DNA of 64,000 bases, taken from contig NC_068981.1 of assembly GCF_001194135.2 (NCBI RefSeq), positions 58,823,923 through 58,887,922 on the forward strand, given 5' to 3'. The DNA comes from Octopus bimaculoides (taxonomy: Eukaryota). The notes under the pieces are model-generated. The model did not search any database. It worked only from the letters and a program-made list of their open reading frames with translations, and was not told where the DNA came from. Positions within the stretch are counted from its first letter, which is position 1; the number at the start of each line of letters is the position of its first letter. This document shows positions 24,092-36,509 of the stretch, piece after piece. Position numbers and translations under genes: made by a program.

Positions 24092-27076
24092 TATTATTCG
24101 TGTTCTGCACGAATGTCTTACATTCGGAATCAATGTCTTTGATACCGTATCACAACCAGTTTCCTTAGATATCGAGGACCTTTATTTACAGTCCTAGCTG
24201 TTCTCAAAAGAGCAAATTTCTGAATTAATGCAACTATCGTAGTTACACCAACCTCAATAAGGAAACTATCTGTTGGTGGTGATATTTAGAAGACCTATAA
24301 CAACTGGGATTTTTTTGCAGAAACCCTCCACATTCTTTGTATTTCTCTCGTCAAATCTTGGTATTTTCCTATTTTTTCCTCTTCTTTGACTGCTACATTA
24401 ATGTCCGCAGATATAGCCACATATATGATGATGTGCTGTCCCCCCACTTAATCCATTACGGCAATAGTTGGTCGCCTTGCATGAAGTTTGCAGTACATTA
24501 AAATCCCATTAGACCTTATACTGATCGTTCTTTATTGCACTTTCTGGTTGATGTTGGTACCATTTTCTTCCTACTTTAAATCCTCTTTGCTGTAATATGT
24601 TCCAGTATCGTGCCTTGGTCACACAGTTGTGTCAGCGTCTATATTCTTTCTGTGCCAAACACTACAGGAACTTACTATGTGCATAGCGCGTTCCTTTTTC
24701 TCATTACATACTCTGGATTTTGCACTTCTTGCGGATTTGTCTATTTAGGCCTTAATGATATTCATCTGGAATGACTGGCTTTGAGTAGCTATTATAAGTC
24801 CTTCCGTTTCTTTCTTGAGGTCTCCATTCTTCAGCCATAACCAAGACGTCCTGCGTTTGTTTGAGATGCTGACCGTGTAGTTCTTTTCTCCAGATATTTC
24901 TTTTTCGCTCCTGTTTTCTTCTTTTCTTGTATTCAATTGCATTTGTCACAGTTTCTTTCTCCTCTCCCCCTGCAGGTGAAATCAATCTTTCTGAGTTGCT
25001 TCTCACCTATTCTTCTATGTCATCTATGCGCAGTCTTTTTTTTTTACATAACTCCTCTCCCCACCCCCGACACCGTCTCTAGGATGTAGCGACCTGTACA
25101 TGGACATTGTCTTTCTGGTTTTACAATCTATGTCTCTTAGTTCTACCTTGGTTCAGTTCAGGAAAGCAGCACAATATCAGATTAGAGAGACCATCCATGT
25201 ATTTACTGCAGAGATGTTTTTCCCTCCATTCAGTTTTGAGCTTACCACTTTTTTTTACTCACCTGAGATATTTATTCCCCACCTTCTCTTTCATTTATTG
25301 ACAGAGAATTCTATCTCCTTCTAATACACTTAGGTACTTGTAACTGTCACCCTCATTCATTGCTCGGATTGATGATTCATCTGGAAGTTTAATCCCTTTT
25401 GACTTGGATATTTTTCGTCTTTTTATCACTAGCACCGTAAATTTATCGATTCCAAACTTCAAGCCTGTGTCATCACTCACAACTCTAACAGTCTGAAGCA
25501 GTGAATCTAAAGCTTTCTCACTTTTGGCAAATAATTTCAGGTTTATTTTCTCATCACTACTAAATTCGTAGCATGATTTAGCCCCTTTCAAGGTCAATGT
25601 AAGAGAGATAAGAGCTATCACGAATAGCAGTGGTGAGAGTGTATCACCTTGGGATATTTCCCTACTTATGCTGACATCACTTAATTTATCTTGTCCTGAT
25701 GTTACTCTAATCCTCCATTTTGGTATACTATTTTGTAAGAGCTAGACAACATTCTCGACTATCCCAGATATATTGAGTCATTCTAGGATTCATTAGTGTG
25801 GAATACCCTGATTGGCCTTTTGATAATCAATCCATGCAGTTGCTAAGTTTTCCTTCTTGCATATAACGTCATGGAGGACACGCTGATCTATATCTAATTG
25901 GTCGTTTATCCCTTTAGAACATTTTCTACATTCTTTCTATTCTTCAGGCAGTAGATCGCCCTCCCCAAGATAATTATATATATCTTTTGTAATAACACCT
26001 GTTAGCAACTTCCACATCAGCAGAAGGCAAGTTATTGGTTGGTGGTTGGTGGTTGCTTGCTATATTTCCTTATTTTTGATAATTCAGTATCAGAACCGTC
26101 CTACCTTTCGTCATCCATTCAGGAGTATCTCCTGTCGCAATTCAATTATTTATTTGTGTGTTCATTCTATCATGATGCGCAGTGAAACGTTTTAGCCAAA
26201 ATCCAGTTAGGCGTCCCTTTCAAGACATTTTTCAACTTTTCTCCTGTGATCTCCGTATTTTTCTGCTTTGGCAATTCTGCATTCTTTGCTTTTATCTTTT
26301 TCAACCATTCTGTATCACCATTGTGTTTCACTTCATGACTCCAAATGTTTCTCTAGCATTCCTTTGTCTCTTCCTTGTTAGGCGATATGCCCATTGTAAC
26401 ATCTCCATTTAGTTCCTTGTAAAATCTAATTTGATCTGGTTCGAAGAACTTAAGTTTCTCTAAACTGTGCAATTCTGCTATTGTATCTCGTGATCTTGGC
26501 AGCTTTCGAATTTATCCTTTGTTTTAATTCTTCCATTACTCTTCTATATCCTTTTTGTTACGGTTAGTACTTTCTTTGGATTGCTTCATAGAGTCTGGTC
26601 TTTACATTATCCCCGTTGCTAAGAACCTCTAACCCGTGCAAGATCTTTTCGCAGCTGGTCTGCTTCTCCCTGTAATCGTCATTGTCACCAGGGTTATCTT
26701 TCTTTCTTTTGGGGTTGTGGGCTTCTTTCTTACCGCAGTAGCTAGATAACGATCGGGCCTACCTTGCGAGAAATCTTCTCTGTTATCAGTTCCACCTTCA
26801 TTCACGCCGTTGTTCAATACATTTGTATTTGACATTTTCATTGATAATGAGGTTTGTGGTTATGAGGTAACACAGCCACTGGTGTTTTTATTGAGACACC
26901 ACCTCTAGAGGGGTTGCCGACCAAAGCTAAAGAGACACTCCCCATCCCATGAGACAGACTTAACCCCACCAGACGCCTACGTGGTATTCCATAGTCTCGA
27001 ATGAAGATAGCTATGGTTAGGGATAACCTCCTTATTCCCACGTTTAGACCTCGCAACCAGATGCAGTTTAATGTCA
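24092..27076 (-). mobile_element. Near-full-length, disabled R4/Dong-clade LINE (RT plus restriction-like endonuclease)
   Basis: 5' UTR, N-terminus, RPITCLL.MWKLLT, AWIDYQKA, QGDTLSPLLFVIAL, YKYLSVLE, ARRP...PVVIG...QKFALLRTAR. Short AAT repeats lie at both ends. Confidence 0.9.
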
Positions 27077-27189
27077 TATTATTATTCTTACTATTTGCTT
27101 GTATCGTTGCCGATGGTGGTGGTAGCTCTCTTGTTGTAAACTATATTGTTACTTTTGGAGTTGTTGCTGTCTTTGTTATTATTTTCGTT

Positions 27190-27625
27190 ATTCGTGCATG
27201 ATATTCACCAAATCTTTTGATCCAGTAGTCTTGAACTCCATCCGGTCCCGGGGCCTTCAAGCTGCTCATTTTTTGCCGATTTCCTTCACTCCCACAACCG
27301 AAATGACTAATTCTGCCTGTTTTGGACAGACTACTGTTTGTTTCAGTTCTTGCAACCATTCAGCATCTTTCTTGTGCTCCTTGTCTTTTCTCCAGATGTT
27401 ACTCCAAAACCTTTGACTTTCATTGTTATCTGGTATCAACTTTTCATCTGTACACTCTCCATTTATTTCTTTATAGAATCTCTTCTGATGTACTCTGAAT
27501 AACCTATTCTGCTGGTATCCCTTCATTCTTTGGTCGTATCTTACCTTCTTTGCTTTCTTTGCAACGAGGCGCTGTTTCAGTTCCTCTACTACTACTTTCA
27601 TGATGGAAGCATTGATATCCATCTG
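27190..27625 (-). mobile_element. R4/Dong-clade fragment (pre-RT region)
   Basis: YQQNRLFRVHQKRFYKEI...FWSNIW...KAPGPDGVQDYWIKRF. Confidence 0.85.
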
Positions 27626-27649
27626 TCAATGTTCAGAGGCATTTTCTGT

Positions 27650-28440
27650 TGCCACTGGAACCAAGCAGGTCTGTGTTTTAGCCCTTGTACTTGAACCATA
27701 TTCTTTTCAATAATGCTCCAACATACTTTTAGGGATTACCATGAATGTGTAAAATTCCAGTTTCGCAGAGGAGGTCTACAAAACATAAAAGGGCAAAGTT
27801 TTAGATCAAAGAAAAAGAACAAGAAAAATATTGTACATGATTTTTCTATTTGCTGATGATTGCGCTTTGATTCCTTATAGATTTGAGGGACTTCAGGAAA
27901 CAGTCGACAGATTTGCAGCGGCAGCTCGTGCATTTGGACTGACAATCAGCATCAAGAAGACTGGAGTTTTATTTCAACCTAAGCCTGGAGCAGAGCATAC
28001 TCAAGATTCAAATGTGGTGTTTGACAAGAAGCCACTCAAATGAATCAGGTCATTTGAATATCATAGAAGTACAGTAAAATTTAAGAGTGCTCTGACTGGC
28101 GAAATCAATGTTAGAATATCTAAGGTAACAAGTGCTTTTGGAAAACTTTCCCATCGTTTGTGGGATGAACACGGTGTCAGTCTGAAAACTAAAATAAGTG
28201 TATACAAATCTTGTATTTTAAGCACATTTCTGTATGGGGCAGAAGCATAGACTCCTTACTATAGGCATATAAAGAAACTTGAAAACTTTCACATGTGCTG
28301 TCTGCGCAATATCTGCAACATAAAATGGTAAGATAAGATATCAAATGTCAAAATCATAGAAAAATGTCATATCTCCAGCATCAAAAGTTTGCTGTTGAGA
28401 ATTCAGTGCAGATGGGTAGGATATGTTGAAAGATAACCGC
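27650..28440 (+). mobile_element. RTE-clade (BovB-like) RT remnant
   Basis: KQVCVLA...FLFADDCAL...AFGLTISIKKT...SAFGKLSHRLW...KTKISVYK...FLYGAEA. Confidence 0.9.
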
Positions 28441-28837
28441 ATTTACCCAATTCCAGGCAAAATTAAAATCATCAGTGTCACCATTGTGACTTCATAGCAA
28501 AATCCATATCTGGACTCAAATTACATTCACGCATTCATCGCAAATAGATGCAGCTTCTTTTATTCTTGAAGTTTTCTCTCCCTCTCCCTCGCTCTCTGTC
28601 TTTCTCTCTCTTCTACACNNNNNNNNNNNNNNNNNNNNNNNNNNNNNNNNNNNNNNNNNNNNNNNNNNNNNNNNNNNNNNNNNNNNNNNNNNNNNNNNNN
28701 NNNNNNNNNNNNNNNNNNNNNNNNNNNNNNNNNNNNNNNNNNNNNNNNNNNNNNNNNNNNNNNNNNNNNNNNNNNNNNNNNNNNNNNNNNNNNNNNNNNN
28801 NNNNNNNNNNNNNNNNNNNNNNNNNNNNAGTCGATTA

Positions 28838-28859
28838 TATATTATTATTATTATTAAAA

Positions 28860-28921
<62 letters not shown>
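28838..28921. repeat. (TTA)n microsatellite abutting the 3' end of an R4 element
   Basis: Read directly from the sequence. Confidence 0.95.
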
Positions 28922-29990
28922 GTTTGTGCACAGCTTCTAACGCTGGAGATGCCCTACAGTGTCAGCTGTTCACTACCGGTAAACTAAGGTAACACCCCTT
29001 ATTTTTCAAGCACCATCCGGAGTATTCGAGCAGTTCCAAGCAGTGCTGTTTTCTGCAAGTGCTCCACCCTTATTGCAGGCCCTATTTGTTCCATGTACTT
29101 CTCAAAATTTTTACTCACTGTTCCCGGGGCTCCGACAATTATTGGTACTACTACCACCATTTTCAGCGACCACAACTGCTTAACTTCCGAAGCTAATCTG
29201 TTATATCTATCGACATTTCTTTCTTCCTTATCGCATACTTTGTTGTCAGCTAGGCATGCTACATTTATGATCCAGCATCGTTTGCTTTCTTTCTCAATTA
29301 ACACTATGTCTGGTTTTCTAGTCTCTATTTCATGGTCGCACTGAATCATAAAATCCCATAGGATCTTTGTATTATCATTTTCGATGATGCCTTCGTACCA
29401 GTTTTTTGTTCTGTCAAGTCCATACTTGTTGCAGAGTATCCAATGGACAATCCTTGCTATATTGTCATGACGTCTCTTATATTCTTTCTGGGCAAATGGC
29501 GTACATCGGCTGGTAATATGCCATACGGTTTCACCATTTTGTCCACAAATTGTGCACTTATTCCTTTCTGCTGTGTTGTCTATTCTGTATTTGATGTAAT
29601 TGGTTCTTAATGCTTGTTCTTGGGCAGAACAGATTAGAGCCTCCGTTTGCGATTTTATATCACTTTTAGTCATCTATAGCCATTCTTTCCTTTATCAACC
29701 TATTTTCAGTTTCATTCATTCTCAAGTGCTTTATCTTTGCAATCTTCCACCCTACACAAGCCTGACCTTCTTACTTCCAATAATAGCGGTTTTGTGGCAT
29801 TTCTTACATACCATGCTATGTTGTTTACTTCTGCTCTAATGCTGTGTTCGCATCCAGTCAGTCCTTTTCTCCCTCTTTTTCTTGGTACATACAGCCTGTC
29901 TGTGTTACTTTTTGAATGGAGTATCCCATATCTAGCCAGTAACTTCCTTGTCTTTCTGTCTATGCTGTTTAGATCGTCTATTGTTCATAA
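28922..29990 (-). mobile_element. 5'-truncated R4/Dong element with a 224-aa open endonuclease region
   Basis: ORF 28999-29673: QEQALRTN...CTICGQNGETVWHITSRC...RRHD...ILWDF...RKPDIV...VPIIVGA...QKTALLGTARILR. (AAT)n on both sides. Confidence 0.92.
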
Positions 29991-30009
29991 TAATGTTATT
30001 ATTATTATT

Positions 30010-30230
30010 AGCGTAGCGAACTGGCAGACTCATCAACCGTTGGATAAAATGCTTACCAATATTTCTTCCGGTTCTTTAGTGTCTGAGTTTAAATACCGTC
30101 GAGGTCAACTTTGCTTTTCTTCTTTGCAGGATTGATAAAATAAAGTACTAGTGAAGAACTGGGGTCGATGTAATCGACTACCCCGCTCCCAAGTCTTCAG
30201 GCCCTGTGTATATACAAGAAAGAAATATAA
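30010..30230 (+). mobile_element. Diverged aaggcggcgagc-family SINE
   Basis: gaactggcagac...gagtttaaataccgtcgaggtcaactttgc...ggggtcgatgtaatcgact. Confidence 0.8.
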
Positions 30231-31560
30231 TTACTATATAAAAGTATATCACACAAGTAATCTAAAGTTTGCAGCTCAAAATACGATGGCTTTTGATAAC
30301 ATGTAAAGCTGATAGTTTCGTATGCAATCTATTTAGTGGTTCAGTTTCTTGACATCAACATATTTCACTACATCAGCATGAGAGCTTTGTTAAAAAAAAC
30401 AAACAAAACACAAAAAAGAAAAGAAAAAAGTTTTACTTTCTTCAGGTTCTCTTTCTCTAATAACGTTAACCAAAAGAACTGATTTAATTATTAACTTCAC
30501 ACTTTTCGACTCCAGTTTATGATCAGAGGTCTTTCTTTGGACCGTTTTATTATGAAATACACGTTATATATGTCAAAAGAATAAACATTCCGTTTATAAA
30601 TCTTTGATGTTTTAGTAGCTGTTGCTTCTCTCACTGGGAAAACACCATGACGGATCACTTATTTATTGAATTTTATTTTCCTTAATTGCCTTCTGTCAGA
30701 CATAATGTTTTTAGCTGATGTATTTCAATTCTAAAACAATTTTTCTGTACAGAGTTGAAGTTCGTTTGTAAGTAATGATTACAACGATTCGATGGAAATT
30801 AACTGTCAAGTAACAAATGAGACTTCCTACTTGTCCTGGAGTATAAGCGACTGTAACAGCCACAGTATATTACTGGTAGTTAATTTATCGAGCTTCATAA
30901 AGACGAACAACAAAGTTGCTGCCGGTTTTAAATGAATTTAGAATCAATTCTTTTTCTTCGAAGTAGGTGATGCAAAACATATAAGCCATAGTTCTACTGT
31001 CAGCCATTTTCTACTCATGCGTGCAACAAATACTGATTAATAAATAGGTACAGTATAAATTTCAAATAGTTGAGCAGATAAGATATTACCTGATATGATT
31101 TGAAACTGAAACTTTGCAGCCTATAAACTAACAAGGTTACTGATTCGACCAACTACGTGACGTTTTATGGGTCTAATTTTATTTTAATCTCAAGAAAAAA
31201 GAGATAACATTTTGAAGACTTAAAATAATGAAATTAAAAATTATGATGTTGAAGCCAATGAAACCAATCTTATTCAATTTAAATGGCAAAGAAATGCTAG
31301 TAGTTATTTGTTTGATTCTTACATTGCAGTCCTTTATTCGAGTTGATGTCAGAAGTCTTATAATAGAATACAATATAGTTTCTTCGAAATTCTTTAGCAT
31401 ACTTTGAAATCATAACACCACTAAAATTCTTAGCTTAATTCAGAGGAGAAATATATTTCACTAAAATTTTCTTGTTTCTATATTTCTCAGCATTATTTAT
31501 TAAACTTGGTATAAAAAATGCCACAGAGAGAGGGAGAGAGCGAGGGAGAGAGAGAGAGAA

Positions 31561-31611
<51 letters not shown>

Positions 31612-32209
31612 AAGAGAACATCCTTAGTTTATTTAAATCATCTCCGCTTTCAGAACGGGTAGACCAATCGCTTGTTGGTAATTGGTACCAACTCCAACGC
31701 GAAGGGGAGATAATCTTAAGAATTAGCAATTCTCCAGAATTGACATGCCATTAAGGAAAAGACCTGATTATCTGGAGATAAGAGTACAGTTGTGGACACG
31801 TTTCAGTCGATGTCTTCCGCTCAGNNNNNNNNNNNNNNNNNNNNNNNNNNNNNNNNNNNNNNNNNNNNNNNNNNNNNNNNNNNNNNNNNNNNNNNNNNNN
31901 NNNNNNNNNNNNNNNNNNNNNNNNNNNNNNNNNNNNNNNNNNNNNNNNNNNNNNNNNNNNNNNNNNNNNNNNNNNNNNNNNNNNNNNNNNNNNNNNNNNN
32001 NNNNNNNNNNNNNNNNNNNNNNNNNNNNNNNNNNNNNNNNNNNNNNNNNNNNNNNNNNNNNNNNNNNNNNNNNNNNNNNNNNNNNNNNNNNNNNNNNNNN
32101 NNNNNNNNNNNNNNNNNNNNNNNNNNNNNNNNNNNNNNNNNNNNNNNNNNNNNNNNNNNNNNNNNNNNNNNNNNNNNNNNNNNNNNNNNNNNNNNNNNNN
32201 NNNNNNNNN

Positions 32210-32340
32210 AGAGAGAGAGTGTGAGAGGCAGAAAAAGTAAGAGAGGGGGAGATAGAAGGAGAGAGAGAAAGAGAGAGGGAGGGAGAGAGAGTAAGTGCTG
32301 CTAATTGGAAGACGTCTTGATTTATTGAATAATTTCTGCT

Positions 32341-32393
<53 letters not shown>

Positions 32394-32605
32394 AACGAGG
32401 AGAGATATATAGAAAGAGAGAGGGAGAAACAGGGAGAGAGAGAAGAGAGGGAGAGGGAGAGAGGGAGAGAGAAAGAGAGGGGGAGATAGAGAAAGACAGA
32501 GGGAGAGAGGGAAAAAGAGAGAGAAGGAGAGAGAAAGAGAAGGGTGATAGAAGGAGAGAGAGAAGGAGAGAGAGAAGGAGAGAGAGAAGGAGAGAGAGAG
32601 AGAGA

Positions 32606-32640
<35 letters not shown>
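32210..32640. repeat. Long GA-rich purine tracts
   Basis: Read directly; further (GA)n at 31525-31615. Confidence 0.95.
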
Positions 32641-32644
<4 letters not shown>

Positions 32645-33641
32645 TGCTGCTCATTGGAAGACGTGTTTCTTATCTAACACATAATCTAACACATAGTCAC
32701 TCGACTTGCTCAACATAGCAGCCAAATCTTTCCCAAATCACTCTCTACCGACTCAAATAAAAGTTATAATATTGATCAAATAGAATTCCTGATATACAAA
32801 ATGGCGGGACTGCCACGATTGGAATGCCTTTCATTATGGTTTTCTCAAACAGGCTGCTCTGTGACGACTACACAACAACGTTCAAGTTTACTTCGAACCT
32901 GTGAAGGAAGGCTCTAAGCGATCGCTCAGCTTGGTAGAAATAGCAGTGAATATTTCTCCAGTTCACATTCTTCTGTCTTAAATTAGGAAAGGACAAATTG
33001 GAAAATGTAGTCCCATACTGTATAATACAGTAGTCGATACACATACATAAATCTATGTATGATTGTATGCATGTATACGCACATCACATAAACACACACA
33101 CATATATATAAGTATATGAGTGTAATACATACGTACACATACCTCTACCTCCATACATATATTTTACATAGAATTGAATAAAACTGCCCAAGCGATTATA
33201 CATATTTCTCCTTCCCTTCTTCTTTCTGTCTTTCTCCACCATTTTCTCTCTATTTCTTCACCTTCCTGTCTTTCTTCATACATATGTTATTTTCCCCTTC
33301 TTTGTTTTTAGTTTGGTTTTTCTTTCCTTTTCATTTATTCATCTATTCATTCTTTTTTTTTTCGCATTCTGTTTTCTTCTTTCTCTCAACGCATACTTTC
33401 ATTCACCCTTTTTTGTGCCTGATCTTTTGTTTGTTTCTTTTCTTCCTTTCTCCATTAATTTTTTCATTTCCTCCTTTCTCTCGAACATATTCTTTTCCAG
33501 ACACTATGCCTTTATTATTTTCTTTTGACAGCCATTCCATACTCTCATTTTATGTCATACATAAATTTACAATCACGCCCATGCATGAATTTAAGCCTTA
33601 ATATATCGAATACACTTTCACATTATAAAATTTGACTCTTG

Positions 33642-33690
<49 letters not shown>

Positions 33691-34043
33691 ATGTAAATAC
33701 ACATGCTTTCGTAACTGCATACACGCAACGAATTGCGCACTCACCTATGTATGAGATCATTCATATCTTACGTATGCTCATACTACTTCACAGTCAACTC
33801 TCTCATTTTGCCTACACTTTACTTATCAAACTACTTACAATTAAGTTTGATTTAACATATTTAATGTAGTGAACCCAAACAATTTTTTAATTAAGATTAA
33901 AACCCGTAAATCATTAGTGGTAATAATTACTTCTTGTTAAAAATAGTAAGGGAGAAAACTTCGAAATCCAAATGAATTAAAAATTGAATGAGGACATGTA
34001 GCAGTAAGATCTCTAGACATATTTCAGTGTCATAGAAGTATAA

Positions 34044-34560
34044 TATTGGATTGTCAGACAAATTCGTTCGTTTTTTAACCATTTTAATCCTTATTTTTAT
34101 CAACGCCTTTAACGAATCAGTCAACAATATATTCTCTTATACGACTTCTTGCCAACGTCCTACTTATTTGTCAATGTATTGGCGGTAGAAATCACCGGGT
34201 CTTGATCAGAGGAATTCATTAGGCCAAGTTTTCAGCTCCACGTTGTTGTTGAACGAAACGCCTCGCAGACTGTTGAAGAGCGACCATAAAAGAGGATAAT
34301 CTTAAGGTGCTATATCAATAGAATATGGTAGGTGCGGTAGAACTTCCCAGCCGAGCTCTTTGTAAAACTTTTGGTAAATTTAGCAACAAGGGACTAGCGT
34401 TGTCGTGTTGAAGAAGCATACTGCATCGCCGGTTGGGTCGTTTCATCTGGATTGCCTGTCGAGTATAGGTGATGGCCCCTATGCTGGGTTAATCCCCTGG
34501 TGGACTGATACGGATACTCGTGGATGAACTCATTTAATCGATCCTCATTGAACTGAACAG
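34044..34560 (-). mobile_element. mariner deletion derivative
   Basis: PVQFNEDRLNEFIHEYPYQSTR joined to KRPNRR...QHDNA...GWEVLPHLPYSIDIAP*DY...GRWQEVV. TIR after TA reads ttggattgtcagacaaattcg. Confidence 0.85.
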
Positions 34561-34598
34561 GTTAAATGTTAGTGCTTTGTTTGTTCGCTGGTAGACTG

Positions 34599-34967
34599 CA
34601 AATTAGCACAGTAGAGATGACTCCTTCAAAGTACTGGGTGCTAAAACACCTCAAAGTCAGAGACAGGAGAAACAACTTATCCCAGATCCCATTTAAAAGC
34701 GATGGACATCGATGCTTCATAATTTTTATGACTTGGGACCTACAAGCAAATGGTTTTTGGCACTTTTTGCATATAGCCATGGACTCACGATTCAGTTCGC
34801 CTCCAATTCGCTTCAGGCACATAATGTTGATAAACCACAAATATGGCAAAACTTCTATGTCCATCGCTCCTGAATGAGATTTTGAGCGAGTTGTTTCACC
34901 TGTCTATGACTTTCAGATGTTTTAACACTCGGCGCTTTGATGGAGACATCTTTACCGCACCAAATTG
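34599..34967. mobile_element. MITE-like element with ~117-bp imperfect TIRs
   Basis: 34599-34715 is the reverse complement of 34851-34967 (roughly 70-75% by eye), with a non-coding spacer. Confidence 0.75.
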
Positions 34968-34971
34968 ACTG

Positions 34972-35134
34972 AGTGGATGTGTGGCAAAGAAGCTTGCTTC
35001 TCAGCTACATGGTTCCGGGTTCAGTCCCACTGCATGGCATCTTCAGCAAGTGTCTTCTATTATAATCTCGGGCCGACCAAAGCCTTGTGAGTGGATTTGG
35101 TAGACGGAAACTGTAAGAAGACTGTCGTATATAT
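34972..35134 (+). mobile_element. CORE-type tRNA-derived SINE, 5' half running into (TA)n and a gap
   Basis: ggttccgggttcagtcccactgc...gcaagtgtcttctattataatctcgggccgaccaaagccttgtgagtggatttgg. Confidence 0.85.
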
Positions 35135-36179
35135 NNNNNNNNNNNNNNNNNNNNNNNNNNNNNNNNNNNNNNNNNNNNNNNNNNNNNNNNNNNNNNNNNN
35201 NNNNNNNNNNNNNNNNNNNNNNNNNNNNNNNNNNNNNNNNNNNNNNNNNNNNNNNNNNNNNNNNNNNNNNNNNNNNNNNNNNNNNNNNNNNNNNNNNNNN
35301 NNNNNNNNNNNNNNNNNNNNNNNNNNNNNNNNNNNNNNNNNNNNNNNNNNNNNNNNNNNNNNNNNNNNNNNNNNNNNNNNNNNNNNNNNNNNNNNNNNNN
35401 NNNNNNNNNNNNNNNNNNNNNNNNNNNNNNNNNNNNNNNNNNNNNNNNNNNNNNNNNNNNNNNNNNNNNNNNNNNNNNNNNNNNNNNNNNNNNNNNNNNN
35501 NNNNNNNNNNNNNNNNNNNNNNNNNNNNNNNNNNNNNNNNNNNNNNNNNNNNNNNNNNNNNNNNNNNNNNNNNNNNNNNNNNNNNNNNNNNNNNNNNNNN
35601 NNNNNNNNNNNNNNNNNNNNNNNNNNNNNNNNNNNNNNNNNNNNNNNNNNNNNNNNNNNNNNNNNNNNNNNNNNNNNNNNNNNNNNNNNNNNNNNNNNNN
35701 NNNNNNNNNNNNNNNNNNNNNNNNNNNNNNNNNNNNNNNNNNNNNNNNNNNNNNNNNNNNATATACGCCCGCACACACACACACACTCACACTCACCTAA
35801 CATATACTCACATACACACATACATACATACATACATACATACATACATACATACTTGCTAACATTTTCTCATGTCTCAACTTGCATATACACAGAAGTA
35901 TATTGAAACAGTGTAAACGTAAAATCAGGCTTTCTTCTGGCATTTGTTTATTGGCTTGTTCATCCTCAACATCCGGAAAGTTTTAAAATAGATTTACGCT
36001 TAAGTGAATTTAACTGTTAAAAATGTATACAGCATAATATAATATGATATAATATAATATATTATAATATAATATAATATATTTTCCACAAAAAAAAACT
36101 TTCTTTCATGATGGAAATAAAGGAATTTTGGTGGCAGCAGCAAGAGCCTCAATATACAAAAACAGTTAGAAAAACTGAC

Positions 36180-36317
36180 AAGAACAAGAGCAACAGCAGC
36201 AAGGAGACGAAGATGATGATAATGATGATGATGATGAAGAAGAAGAAGAAGAAGAAGAAGAAGAAGAAGAAGAAGAAGAAGAAGAAGAAGAGCAACATCA
36301 ACAACTGCTGCTGCTGT

Positions 36318-36372
<55 letters not shown>

Positions 36373-36390
36373 GTCAACGCTGCTGCTGTT
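36180..36390. repeat. Compound trinucleotide array (CAA/CAG, GAT, GAA, CTG, CTA)
   Basis: Read directly from the sequence. Confidence 0.95.
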
Positions 36391-36509
36391 TTATTATATG
36401 CGCTCTTTCTCCGGACCTTTTATGGTCAACTCCACCGAGGCAAAGAATTCCGCCGAGGTCGACTTTGCCTTTCATCCTTTCGGCGTCGACAAATTAAGTA
36501 CCATAGTAT

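Noticed and set aside
34562-34864. Minus-strand ORF with AICKKCQKPF...H resembling a BED zinc finger
   Set aside because: The ORF runs through both arms of a non-coding inverted repeat, and no hAT catalytic sequence follows. Most likely chance.
31745-35906. ORFs of 150-270 aa in the supplied track
   Set aside because: They are mostly X residues from N gaps.
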